Shown piece by piece: positions 1-9,681 of a DNA stretch of 47,195 nucleotides. The number at the start of each line of letters is the position of its first letter. Position 1 is the first letter of the stretch. This stretch comes from Sulfurimonas autotrophica (GTDB lineage Bacteria > Campylobacterota > Campylobacteria > Campylobacterales > Sulfurimonadaceae). The position numbers and the translations under genes are program-made. The DNA lies in contig DQUE01000153.1 in NCBI GenBank assembly GCA_015662405.1, forward strand, positions 1 to 47,195, in the 5' to 3' direction. The notes below the pieces were generated by a model. That model searched no databases and was not told the origin of the DNA. It was given only the letters and a program-made list of their open reading frames with translations.

Positions 1-386
1 AGCATGAAAAGAGTCGGTACTTCATTATAGATCCGAAAGAACTTTCCACTCTTTGTACATCTATCGTGGAGAAGTTGTTTTCTATAAAAATTCATAGAAT
101 AAAAATTACCAATAAGAAAAAGTATAAATAAAAGCTTTACATGTAACCAAGGTGCACTCATCCAACCACCTAAATATATAAGCCCAGCACCACTTAAGAG
201 TGTTGCCCACATAGAGGGAACCCCTATATATTGAAAAAGCTTCCTCTCCTGAATTTTTACTACTTTTACAAAACCCTCATTTTCTCTATTTTCAGCGTGA
301 TAGACAAAAAGGCGTGGCAAGTAAAAAAGTACCGCAAACCAAGATATAAAAGAGATAACATGAAACCACAAAATCCAATTATACAT
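1..386 (-). CDS. hemJ: Protoporphyrinogen oxidase HemJ (3' end runs off the window; missing from the ORF track)
   Basis: Manual translation from ATG 386: MYNWILWFHVISFISWFAVLFYLPRLFVYHAEN...WLHVKL...GKFFRIYNEVPTLFM. LFYLPRLFVYH and RIYNEVPT are HemJ hallmarks. SD-like GAGGGGG upstream. Confidence 0.92.
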   Translation of the reverse strand, partial: MYNWILWFHVISFISWFAVLFYLPRLFVYHAENRENEGFVKVVKIQERKLFQYIGVPSMWATLLSGAGLIYLGGWMSAPWLHVKLLFILFLIGNFYSMNFYRKQLLHDRCTKSGKFFRIYNEVPTLFM

Positions 387-486
387 ACAAACACTTCCCC
401 CTCTAATAGATGACCTAATTCATAACTTTAAAAACCGTAAGAGTCACGCATGTGTCAAAACTTAACGATACTAAAACTTCATCTAC

Positions 487-1497
487 CTACAAAAGCAGAT
501 TAATTCCCATGACTTCATTGATTCCTTTACTTTTCATCTCTTTTTCAAAATCAATGGAAGCATTTTTGTAAGCACTCTCTAAAGAGCCGCTATATCTCTC
601 TTTGATAATAATATTTTTTCCGCCTATTCTCATCTCTTTATCATAGACAGAGATATCTATACCAAAGATGGCTATCGCAAACCCATTTCTGCTTATACGA
701 GAGGTTGTTTTAACGTTAATTTTTAGCGCACCCCTTTTTGAATCAACAACACGAAACCCCTTTTGCGCTAGATAGTTTTTTATTTTATTAACAAAGCGTG
801 TAGAAGCTCTATTGCCTGTGACATAAAACTTTAATCTTTTTGACGCGTTCAAAAACTCCTTTTTTGCTCTCAATACAAAATCTAAATTTGCTTTCTTGTT
901 AAACTTTTTGTCTAATTCTGCTATTATAAAAATAACTGGAAGAAGGGATTCTGCTCTTTTTAACAGCCTTTTCTTTGTATTGTATATTGTTACAATATCT
1001 CTTCCTACTAACGCCTTTTGCTCTTGAGATATACTCTCCTTTTCTTGCTCAAGAGACTCCTTTAAACCATTAACAAATTTTCTCTTATCTACCTCAACCA
1101 CTACTGCAAACTCTCTATAGTTCAACCTATGAGATTTTATCACTCTATAGTTATTGATCTTTACCTTTGATATATCAGCTTTTATTTTATTATTTACTGT
1201 GAGTTTCGCATATGCACCCTGCACCTCTTGACTACTCTCATATGATGACTCTATGGTCGTGCCAAGTTTTGCAACCATGTCATTTAAAGCGGAATAGATA
1301 GCGCTCTTCCTATCCACATCGATAGCCATGCCGTACATGTAATCATCATTATCACTTGGAGGCAAGGCATTAACCCATGCAGGAATTACTTTTGGTTTAT
1401 TAGATGGGGCAACCGAAGTGCCACTACACCCAATAAAGAGCAACGTAGCAGCAACAAAAAGCAGTGAGGAAAAAAGAGTAGTCACTCTATTTTGCAT
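487..1497 (-). CDS. LPP20-family lipoprotein with C-terminal extension
   Basis: Lipobox LFIGC, P-x-W-V motif, then an A..SALND-type helix as in LPP20 domains. Confidence 0.7.
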   Translation of the reverse strand: MQNRVTTLFSSLLFVAATLLFIGCSGTSVAPSNKPKVIPAWVNALPPSDNDDYMYGMAIDVDRKSAIYSALNDMVAKLGTTIESSYESSQEVQGAYAKLTVNNKIKADISKVKINNYRVIKSHRLNYREFAVVVEVDKRKFVNGLKESLEQEKESISQEQKALVGRDIVTIYNTKKRLLKRAESLLPVIFIIAELDKKFNKKANLDFVLRAKKEFLNASKRLKFYVTGNRASTRFVNKIKNYLAQKGFRVVDSKRGALKINVKTTSRISRNGFAIAIFGIDISVYDKEMRIGGKNIIIKERYSGSLESAYKNASIDFEKEMKSKGINEVMGINLLL

Positions 1498-2548
1498 GCA
1501 TCTGTTTTTTTACTTCTTTTTCTTGCTCTATTAGCTCATTAATCCTATTAATCGCAAGATTGATCTCCTTTACCGGCTCTACTGTAAGTTCATCAGCTAA
1601 ACTATATAGCTTTTTAGCCTCCTCATAGTTACCAGTTGCCTCCTGTACTATACCATAATTGTATGCAACAGCATAGCTCTTAGCATCAAATTCATCCATA
1701 AGAGATGCGAGAATCTTTTTTGCTTTATCGTAGCGGGAAGCCTTTATATATTTGAGTGCATTCTCAAACTTTTTCTTTTGTGCATCTGTGGCACTATCAA
1801 CATCGATTGTATCTAGTAGAGTTACAGTAAAATAGATATAGTTTGGCGTCACTTTATATACAAACTCTTTAGCTATGCTATCAGTGAGCTTATTTAAAGC
1901 TTGACCTTTTGAGAGAATTTGTTTTGCAGAACCCTCTATCATCAATAGACCTAAATTTAACTTCCCAGCTTTACATGAGTCAGCACTATACTCTTTAGAG
2001 ATTGTATCTCCATAAATAATGCCTCCTGTCTCTACATCTACTATATTGATATTTGCAGAGACACCAGCCTGTACAGTATCACACTTTACTTTATAGTGTT
2101 TATATTGTGCACACCCACCATCTTTATAGTATTGCAAACATCTCTCTCTATCCTCAAAGTAATAGCTACTCTCTGCATCTGCAGAGGCGATCTCACCATT
2201 AATTATTGCCTGAGCACCTATTAATTTTCCCACTTTTACACTTGTTTTCTCATCCATAAGCTCAGATGATTGCAGATTTTGTTCAGCAATTACCTTTGCC
2301 ATATCTTTTCTACTTAAAACAGTAAAGTATTTTTTTCTATCTATCTTATGATGTGCCAATGCAGACTCTATTTTGCCAGACAAACCAACCTTATCATTTT
2401 TAAAGTCACTTACAGCCACTCTTCTCTTTGATGTCATCTCGCTAATCTCTGCTGGCTTTAATGCTTTTAGATGCACCTTCTGAGCACAGCCTGAAAAAAA
2501 CAGCAAGCCTACTATACTTAAAAACAAAACTCTTGTAAATTTTTTCAC
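1487..2548 (-). CDS. CsgG/HfaB-family lipoprotein with C-terminal TPR
   Basis: Lipobox FFSGC; RVAVSDF...FTVLSR...EQ...GKLIGAQAIINGEI...IVDVETGGII CsgG-like pattern; C-terminal AYNYGIVQEATGNYEEA TPR; GTG start. Confidence 0.75.
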   Translation of the reverse strand: MKKFTRVLFLSIVGLLFFSGCAQKVHLKALKPAEISEMTSKRRVAVSDFKNDKVGLSGKIESALAHHKIDRKKYFTVLSRKDMAKVIAEQNLQSSELMDEKTSVKVGKLIGAQAIINGEIASADAESSYYFEDRERCLQYYKDGGCAQYKHYKVKCDTVQAGVSANINIVDVETGGIIYGDTISKEYSADSCKAGKLNLGLLMIEGSAKQILSKGQALNKLTDSIAKEFVYKVTPNYIYFTVTLLDTIDVDSATDAQKKKFENALKYIKASRYDKAKKILASLMDEFDAKSYAVAYNYGIVQEATGNYEEAKKLYSLADELTVEPVKEINLAINRINELIEQEKEVKKQMHAK

Positions 2549-2678
2549 ACAACACCCCCTTTGTCAAATTTAAAAGGGGCATTCTAGCAATATTTATATT
2601 AACTATATATTAAAATTAAGCTTTAAAAAAGAAGAAAAGAGGTATATAAATTAAGTGTTGAAATGGTTTTAATGGCAG

Positions 2679-3095
2679 CTAATCAATCACCATCCAAACA
2701 GCAAACTCACCAGAAGATTCGATAATGCACGCATCCTCTATATGTGCTGTTACTCTATTGTTTACCTTATAAGAGGCATTACTCTTTATCGATGTATTAG
2801 ATCTGCCATTAGTGACTACATCTTTTTTATCGATACGCAACTTCACTTTCACGCCTTGTTGCAGTGAAAGCTCATCAAGAGCGCGCATTATGGCTAACTT
2901 CCGCTGTGAATTTATCGTACCAGAGTACGTCCTCGCCGATATCCCAACAGCTCCAATCACTCCGTCTTTATTTGGATTCAACATCCACTCTCTCTCTTTA
3001 CACTTACCATTTGGTTGCAAAGAGGATCCCCCGCAACCAAAAAAGAGAACAGCTATTACTACTGCTACTAGTAAAGGGGTATAAAAAGTTTTCAT
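2679..3095 (-). CDS. Small LPP20-like lipoprotein
   Basis: Lipobox FFGC; W..NP, GAVG, QRKLAIMRALDELS motif. Confidence 0.65.
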   Translation of the reverse strand: MKTFYTPLLVAVVIAVLFFGCGGSSLQPNGKCKEREWMLNPNKDGVIGAVGISARTYSGTINSQRKLAIMRALDELSLQQGVKVKLRIDKKDVVTNGRSNTSIKSNASYKVNNRVTAHIEDACIIESSGEFAVWMVID

Positions 3096-3670
3096 TAATC
3101 AGTAGGAAACTCTTTATCTAATGCTTCAAGTGCATTTTTAGCTTGAAACTGTTGCCACAATGCTTGATCGTTTTTAAAACTATTTTTGACAGCATTTTTA
3201 ACTGCACCATTTACTTGTGTCTCAGGAACCACAACAAGCAAATAGAGTGTACCAGATGGTGCAGTCCAAGCATCAACAGCTTTAGAACCTGCTAGATCCA
3301 CTTTTGCAATCTGCTTTGAAACTGTCGTGCTTACAGTATCAACTGTCTCTGCGTCGCCTACACCAGTTGTACGCGTAAATGTCTCTACTTTGTCTTTCAC
3401 TTGCGATTTGATCTGTTGTGCCAAATCACTTCTTCCATTAGCAAGTGCAACCCTTCTCATATGACCCATACCTGCTGATGATTTAGGAGCTATACCAACA
3501 CCTGCATATGCACCCTCTACCATAGGTACACAAGTCCACTTTGGCGCAAGAACGCCTTCTTGTTTACATCTAAAATCTGGATCTCCAGCTGGTTTTGGTG
3601 CCTCACCACCACACCCTGTCATAGTTGCCACAAGCACACCAGCAACTATAACTCTTACAAATGTTTTCAT
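3095..3670 (-). CDS. LPP20-family lipoprotein
   Basis: Lipobox MTGC; APKW, GVG.A, RRVALANGRSDLAQQI, KAVDAW...GTLYLLV typical of LPP20. Confidence 0.8.
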   Translation of the reverse strand: MKTFVRVIVAGVLVATMTGCGGEAPKPAGDPDFRCKQEGVLAPKWTCVPMVEGAYAGVGIAPKSSAGMGHMRRVALANGRSDLAQQIKSQVKDKVETFTRTTGVGDAETVDTVSTTVSKQIAKVDLAGSKAVDAWTAPSGTLYLLVVVPETQVNGAVKNAVKNSFKNDQALWQQFQAKNALEALDKEFPTD

Positions 3671-3772
3671 CTCACGATCCTTTAAAAATTAAATTTGACA
3701 AATTATATCGCTTTCAATCTTAAAAATAGCTCTAAAGCACAGGAAACAGATTATAACAAATATCTCTCTTCT

Positions 3773-4945
3773 TTACCAGCCAAATCCTAACTGAACCATA
3801 TATCTTCTATCAGTGATATCAACACTTTGTGTTCCAAGTTGCTCTTCATATGTTGCAAAACTCAACTTAAGCATCGCAATCTCTAAATTCAGCCCCGCTG
3901 TATAGCTACCTTGATAGAATCCTCCATTTAATTGAGCAGAGAAAAATCTTGAATCAATCAAACCAACACCAACACCGAGTCGAACTCTTTTTGCAATATC
4001 GCCATCTGTATAATCTTTATGTACCTGTGTTTTGCTATCTTCATCAAAGGAGTAGATGCGAATCTTGTTTGCATTAAAAACATCAACATAATCAATCGCA
4101 ACAACAAGACTCTCTATGTAAGAGACCTCTGGAGAGATAGACGCTCCTATATTTACACTCAGAGGTTGACCACCATAATTATCATCCATGTCCATTGCAC
4201 CAATATTTAACACACTTAATCCAAATGCAGGATGCCAATAGGAGTCTTCTAATGGTTTATAGATCACACCAATATCTATACCAAACCCTGACGCATCTCT
4301 CTCATAACGTTCTTGAACTATATCTGTTGCATTATCATCTGTGAGATCTGAAATATAGACAGCTCCCTCGTATGATCTCTGTGCAACATATTTTAATCCG
4401 ATACCAATAGTTACATCTCCATACTCTGTTACATACTCTTTTGCACCACCAATAAAAATACCTCCATAGCCTCTGCTTGATGTTTCAAGAGGTGCACCAG
4501 ATGTACTACCATTTCCATGAACAACAAGATTAACATCTACGGCGCTCAAAAGCCCAACACTCCAAGCAAATAGCGAAGAGTTTTTTGAGACTGCACTATA
4601 ACTATTTATCCCGAGATGAAAAGCCTCACCACTATACTCATCAATTACGGTAGCTACCTTATCAGAATCATCCCCAGCTTCATCAATATCATCAGCAAAA
4701 TCCTTCAATTTTGGACTAGCCCCTATTCCTACTCCCAATAGATCAACAACAAACCCATGCTCTTTTTTTATATTAATAAGACCAGCAGGATTGCTAAAAA
4801 TTGATGTTGAGTAGCCACCAACAGCAACATTAGCACCACCCATACCCATAATTCTACCATCCTTATAGAGATACGCCTGCTCCCCCATCAATGCCATTAA
4901 GGAAGTCGTGGTAAATAGTACTCCAGCAGAGATAATCTTTTTCAT
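3773..4945 (-). CDS. TraF-like (TraF_2/FadL-PorV-like) outer-membrane beta-barrel protein
   Basis: Likely start MKKIISAG at 4945 (signal peptide, SD AAGGA, no overlap with the upstream gene). RIMGMGGA..A....SIFSNPAGL N-terminal motif; C-terminal beta-signal YMVQLGFGW. Confidence 0.75.
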   Translation of the reverse strand: MKKIISAGVLFTTTSLMALMGEQAYLYKDGRIMGMGGANVAVGGYSTSIFSNPAGLINIKKEHGFVVDLLGVGIGASPKLKDFADDIDEAGDDSDKVATVIDEYSGEAFHLGINSYSAVSKNSSLFAWSVGLLSAVDVNLVVHGNGSTSGAPLETSSRGYGGIFIGGAKEYVTEYGDVTIGIGLKYVAQRSYEGAVYISDLTDDNATDIVQERYERDASGFGIDIGVIYKPLEDSYWHPAFGLSVLNIGAMDMDDNYGGQPLSVNIGASISPEVSYIESLVVAIDYVDVFNANKIRIYSFDEDSKTQVHKDYTDGDIAKRVRLGVGVGLIDSRFFSAQLNGGFYQGSYTAGLNLEIAMLKLSFATYEEQLGTQSVDITDRRYMVQLGFGW

Positions 4946-4967
4946 TCTATTTTTCCTTACCATTTTT

Positions 4968-6002
4968 TTAATTTTTCTCTTCAAGATACTTAATAATATC
5001 TTCAACAGTAATCGTTTGATTTGTATCGTCTTGACGATTATTTGCCTCAAGAACCTCTTTTTTAAACTCTTCAACATCCTCTGCAACATCATCAGAGAGT
5101 GCTATACCTATTGAGTCAACCCCATTGTTAAGTGCATCTACAAGAATTTCCTCTGTTGTAATTTCATCATTTGTACTATTTGTCTCATTTAAAGGACAAG
5201 CATGATAACTACTATCATTTGGCTTCTCATCTACTCTTGTAGTAAAATCATCAACTGTGCAGTATCCTTTTGTGATAACAGTACTTCTTGGCACTACTGC
5301 AGTATCACTTGGAGTAATGAGGTATTCAAAAGTCTCTCCGTTAACAGTTACAGTAACAACTCCATAAGTAATTCCATTTGCAAATGTAATCGTTTCTTCG
5401 TTAGAAATCATACACTCACTGCTTATATTATTTTTGTTGCCTTCAAACGCATATTGCATAGCACAAGTTGAGGCCGTAAGCTGCGCATCATCGCTATCAT
5501 CCCCAAATGTACTTATATCATCAGAAATATAACTAACTGCGATTGCCGTTTGTGAAACCTTTGAGAGTCCAGCATAAAGACATATATCTTTTTCAAAAGC
5601 ACTCAAACTAGCATTATCATCTGTACATCTACTACCATCCACAATCTTTTCATAATAAAACGAAGATTTTTTTAAATTTTGTAATGGATCTCCATCTGAA
5701 GAATCTGTAGCACTCTGTATAAAAGCAACAAACGCATCATCTTCGCTATCACCAGAATCAGCAACTTTTGTAATAAGTGATGATATACTAAATCCAGCCT
5801 TACCCATATAAGCAGATGCCAAAGCCATGTAGTCACTCCCACTGTTTGCATTTGATTCTAACTTTCGAATAACACCATCATAATCCCTGTTATCTAGCAT
5901 CTGTTGTGTCTCTAACTGAGACTCACCCTCACTATCACCACAACCCGTCATGAAAAGTGTCGTAATTAGTGCAAGAGAGTAGATCCACCCTTTTTTTCTC
6001 AT
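4968..6002 (-). CDS. Acidic Cys-containing lipoprotein of unknown function
   Basis: Lipobox FMTGC; very D/E/S/T-rich; several Cys; co-oriented directly upstream of the barrel gene. Confidence 0.7.
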   Translation of the reverse strand: MRKKGWIYSLALITTLFMTGCGDSEGESQLETQQMLDNRDYDGVIRKLESNANSGSDYMALASAYMGKAGFSISSLITKVADSGDSEDDAFVAFIQSATDSSDGDPLQNLKKSSFYYEKIVDGSRCTDDNASLSAFEKDICLYAGLSKVSQTAIAVSYISDDISTFGDDSDDAQLTASTCAMQYAFEGNKNNISSECMISNEETITFANGITYGVVTVTVNGETFEYLITPSDTAVVPRSTVITKGYCTVDDFTTRVDEKPNDSSYHACPLNETNSTNDEITTEEILVDALNNGVDSIGIALSDDVAEDVEEFKKEVLEANNRQDDTNQTITVEDIIKYLEEKN

Positions 6003-6032
6003 TTTCTCTTCTCCTTCAATAAATTAGAGTTG

Positions 6033-6065
6033 ATTGTAGCAAAATAAAGCTGAGATGGGTATAAT
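6033..6065. promoter_or_regulatory. Back-to-back sigma70 -10 elements (lipoprotein operon on -, trpS on +)
   Basis: TGcTACAAT on the minus strand (6041-6033) and ggTATAAT on the plus strand (TATAAT 6060-6065), matching the Campylobacterota extended -10. Confidence 0.55.
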
Positions 6066-6093
6066 ACGCTATAAAAAACTAGGAACACAGATA

Positions 6094-7059
6094 ATGAGAG
6101 TTTTAACAGGAATTCAACCCTCAGGTGAGTTACACATAGGAAACTACTTTGGCTCTATAAAACAGATGGTCGATGCACAAAAGGAGAGTGATACTTTTGC
6201 TTTTATAGCAAACTATCATGCTCAGACAAGCCTAAAAGATGGAAAAAGACTTGCCGAACTTACCATGCAATCAGCTATAGATTTTTTAGCACTTGGTATT
6301 GACCCACAAAAATCAACTTTTTGGGTGCAGTCAGATGTCAAAGAGGTCTTAGAGCTCTATTGGGTACTTTCATCATTCACACCTATGGGACTGCTCGAGC
6401 GTGCACACAGCTATAAAGATAAAACAGCAAAAGGCATAGCAGCAAACCATTCGCTCTTCTCCTACCCTGTGCTTATGGCAGCAGATATACTACTGTATCA
6501 ACCAGAAACTATTCCTGTTGGAAAAGACCAAATTCAACATGTTGAAATTGCACGCGATATCGCTATAAAGTTCAATAATGAGTATGGTGATATTTTTACA
6601 CTCCCTGAGTATAAAGTAGAAGATAGCGTAGCAACAGTTCCTGGAATTGACGGACAAAAGATGTCAAAAAGTTATAAAAACACTGTTAATATCTTTGGTG
6701 AAGAGAAAAAACAACTCAAAACAATCAAAAAAATCGTTACAGAGCCTGTACCACTTGAAGAGCCAAAAGAGTATCACAACTGTAATGTTTACAATATGGC
6801 AAAACTTTTTTTAAATGAAAACGAGTGTAAAGAGCTCCAAGAGCGATACCAAAGAGGAGGAGAGGGACATGGACACTTTAAACTCTACTTACATGATGTC
6901 ATTTGGGAGTATTTCAGACCATATCGAGAAAAAAGAGAATACTACAAAGCACATCAAGATGAAGTAAGAGATATACTTCAACTTGGTGCAACAAAGGCAA
7001 AAGAGGCAGCACTCCCCGTAATAGAAAAAGTGCGAAGTGTTAGTGGCATACGCTACTAA
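6094..7059 (+). CDS. trpS: Tryptophan--tRNA ligase
   Basis: MRVLTGIQPSG, HIGN, YPVLMAADIL, VGKDQ, KMSKS. Start moved to ATG 6094 behind AGGA. Confidence 0.97.
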   Translation: MRVLTGIQPSGELHIGNYFGSIKQMVDAQKESDTFAFIANYHAQTSLKDGKRLAELTMQSAIDFLALGIDPQKSTFWVQSDVKEVLELYWVLSSFTPMGLLERAHSYKDKTAKGIAANHSLFSYPVLMAADILLYQPETIPVGKDQIQHVEIARDIAIKFNNEYGDIFTLPEYKVEDSVATVPGIDGQKMSKSYKNTVNIFGEEKKQLKTIKKIVTEPVPLEEPKEYHNCNVYNMAKLFLNENECKELQERYQRGGEGHGHFKLYLHDVIWEYFRPYREKREYYKAHQDEVRDILQLGATKAKEAALPVIEKVRSVSGIRY

Positions 7060-7581
7060 TTAAGCTTTTTGCGCCAAATAGTCTCTGTATCCTAACTGCT
7101 CTAGCTTCTCTGACTTTGCTTGTACTTCCTCTCTCATCTTCTGCTTATAAGCAACAATTTTTTCTTGTAAAATCTTATCATTTGATCCAATGATCTGTGC
7201 CGCTAGAATACCAGCATTTTTTGCACCATTAATAGCCACCGTAGCCACAGGCACACCACCGGGCATCTGCACAATTGAGAGCAGTGAATCCATTCCATCT
7301 AAAGAAGAGCTTCTTACAGGAACACCTATTACAGGCAAAGGAGTTAGTGATGCAACCATGCCTGGTAGATGTGCAGCACCTCCTGCTCCTGCAATAATTA
7401 CTTGCAGACCTCTTTTACTTGCATTAGTCGCATAGTCTACTAATTTTTCAGGTGTTCTATGTGCAGAGACAATAGCAACCTCATATGCAATTGCAAACGC
7501 TTCACATATCTCAATTGCCCCACTCATAACAGGCAAATCTGAGTCACTTCCCATAATAATTCCAACTAATGCTTTGCTCAT
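7060..7581 (-). CDS. purE: N5-CAIR mutase (class I PurE)
   Basis: [37 protein letters not shown]. Confidence 0.97.
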   Translation of the reverse strand: MSKALVGIIMGSDSDLPVMSGAIEICEAFAIAYEVAIVSAHRTPEKLVDYATNASKRGLQVIIAGAGGAAHLPGMVASLTPLPVIGVPVRSSSLDGMDSLLSIVQMPGGVPVATVAINGAKNAGILAAQIIGSNDKILQEKIVAYKQKMREEVQAKSEKLEQLGYRDYLAQKA

Positions 7582-8741
7582 AATTTTTTACTTCCTTTGA
7601 TTTTTAAAATATCTTTTGCCTTCATAGCTTTACTCAATGCCTTATCTATATCCTCATCTAATACGGTTATATGTCCCATTTTTCTATATGGTTTTGTAAA
7701 TGTTTTTCCATAAAAATGAAATGATAACTCCGGAATTTCCAAGGCATCATGAATTCCTTCAATAATAGGTTCTCCTTCATACCCCTCTTCGCCAAGCAGG
7801 TTAACCATCACTGCTGGAGAGATAAGTTTTGTAGAACCAAGAGGCAGATTTGTCACAGCTCTAATGATTTGTTCAAACTGTGATGTAGCACAGGCTTCAA
7901 CTGTATAGTGCCCTGAATTATGCGGTCGTGGTGCAATTTCATTGACTAATATCTCACCTTTTTTTGTTAAAAATAGCTCAACTGCAAAAATCCCGACACC
8001 ATTGAGTGCTTCAATGGATTGTATTGCAATCTCTTTTGCTCTATCTGCAATCTCTTTTGCAATCTTTGCCGGTGCCATCACAATATCACAAATATTAACT
8101 CGCTCATCAAAAAGCATCTCAACAACGCTATAGCATTTTATTTGTCCCTCTCCATTTCTTGCAACTATAACAGCTAACTCTTTTTCTATATCTACTAGCT
8201 CTTCAATAAATGATTCCGTTGGAAGTGCATTTTGTAGATCCGCTTCTGTTTTAAGCATAACAACACCCTTGCCATCATATCCACCCATTTTTGCTTTTTG
8301 CATGACAGGAAATCCAAATGCTGCTAAATCTTCCTCTTTTTTCACATCTTTATAAGCGGGGACAGGAATCCCTTTTTCATCAAGCAGTTTTTTTTGCTCA
8401 TACTTATTTTGAATAAGCTCTATAATATAAGGAGATGGATGAATAATATGCCCATGATCAAAGAGTTCCTTGAGTATCAAAGTATCTACATGCTCTAATT
8501 CAAATGTTGTCACATCACTCTCTTGAACCAATTGCTCTAGTTTCTCTTTATCATAAAAATCACCAATAATATGTTTATCAGAGACCTGAGCAGCAGGACA
8601 GTTAAAAGTAGGATCGAGTATTGTTACATGAAAGCCCATTTTTTTCGCTTTTTGCGACATAATTCGTCCTAGCTGTCCGCCTCCTATAATTCCGAGTTTC
8701 AAATTAAAGTAGTTAAAATTTTTATCCATAAAGCGTGTCAC
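7578..8741 (-). CDS. purK: N5-CAIR synthetase (ATP-grasp)
   Basis: [30 protein letters not shown]...RKMGH. GTGA overlap with the argF stop (alternative ATG at 8729). Confidence 0.95.
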   Translation of the reverse strand: MTRFMDKNFNYFNLKLGIIGGGQLGRIMSQKAKKMGFHVTILDPTFNCPAAQVSDKHIIGDFYDKEKLEQLVQESDVTTFELEHVDTLILKELFDHGHIIHPSPYIIELIQNKYEQKKLLDEKGIPVPAYKDVKKEEDLAAFGFPVMQKAKMGGYDGKGVVMLKTEADLQNALPTESFIEELVDIEKELAVIVARNGEGQIKCYSVVEMLFDERVNICDIVMAPAKIAKEIADRAKEIAIQSIEALNGVGIFAVELFLTKKGEILVNEIAPRPHNSGHYTVEACATSQFEQIIRAVTNLPLGSTKLISPAVMVNLLGEEGYEGEPIIEGIHDALEIPELSFHFYGKTFTKPYRKMGHITVLDEDIDKALSKAMKAKDILKIKGSKKL

Positions 8742-9658
8742 CTCTGTTTATCAAGCCAGACCATCAGTCCTTTTTGTGCATGCAATCTATTTTCAGCCTC
8801 TGCAAAGACTATATCAGCATTATCTTCAAGCAACTCTTCGCTCACTTCCTGTCCTCTATAAGCCGGCAGACAGTGCAAAAACTTTGCACCTTTTTGCGCA
8901 AGACACATCATGAGTCCATCGACCATATACCCTTTGAAATCTTGTATGCGTTGCTCTTTTTCATCCTCTTGTCCCATAGATGCCCAAGTGTCTGTTGTAA
9001 CAACACTAGCCCCACGTACTGCCTCTTTTGGATCATTCATCACTTTGATAACTGCGCCACTCTTTTTTGCAATATCAAGCGCATCACGAAGTACTTTACT
9101 CTCTACTTCATACCCTTTAGGTGTTGCAATGCGAAGTTCAAAACCAAGTTTTGCTGCAAGCATCAACCATGAATTTGTCATATTATTCCCATCACCCACA
9201 TAAGCAACCACCGCATTTTCTGCCACACCAAACTCTATCATCGTCATATAATCAGCCAAAAGCTGTACAGGATGGTATGCATCAGTCAACCCATTAATAA
9301 CTGGTACTTTTGAGTATGCTGCAAACTCTTCTAACATAGAGTGCTCATATGTTCGTATCATAACCATATCACACATGCTTGAGATAACTCTTGCCGTATC
9401 TTTTACAGGCTCACCCCGCCCTAAATGAATATCACGATTTGAAAGAAAGAGTGCATGTCCCCCAAGTTGAAACATTCCTGTTTCAAAACTTACACGCGTT
9501 CGTGTTGAACTCTTTTCAAATATCATAGCAAGTGTCTGCATCTCAAGCTCTTTATTATATATACCAGCTTTGAAATCTTTCTTTATTTTCAGACCGAGTG
9601 CAATAATTTCTAAAATCTCTTCTTTCGTAAAATCTTTAAGTGTTAAAAAATGTCTCAT
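8738..9658 (-). CDS. argF: Ornithine carbamoyltransferase
   Basis: STRT, HPVQ, DTWASMG, HCLP, AENR motifs. Confidence 0.97.
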   Translation of the reverse strand: MRHFLTLKDFTKEEILEIIALGLKIKKDFKAGIYNKELEMQTLAMIFEKSSTRTRVSFETGMFQLGGHALFLSNRDIHLGRGEPVKDTARVISSMCDMVMIRTYEHSMLEEFAAYSKVPVINGLTDAYHPVQLLADYMTMIEFGVAENAVVAYVGDGNNMTNSWLMLAAKLGFELRIATPKGYEVESKVLRDALDIAKKSGAVIKVMNDPKEAVRGASVVTTDTWASMGQEDEKEQRIQDFKGYMVDGLMMCLAQKGAKFLHCLPAYRGQEVSEELLEDNADIVFAEAENRLHAQKGLMVWLDKQR

Positions 9659-9681
9659 ACTAGCTTCCTACTTTCTTTAAT

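Noticed and set aside
231-413. 60-aa + strand ORF
   Set aside because: Antisense shadow of hemJ; no SD or motif.
3773-4945. Conjugative element implied by the 'TraF' similarity
   Set aside because: No relaxase, T4SS, integrase or att-like repeats in the window.
4946-5092. N-terminal extension of the TraF-like ORF
   Set aside because: Overlaps the upstream lipoprotein gene; the signal peptide and SD point to ATG 4945.
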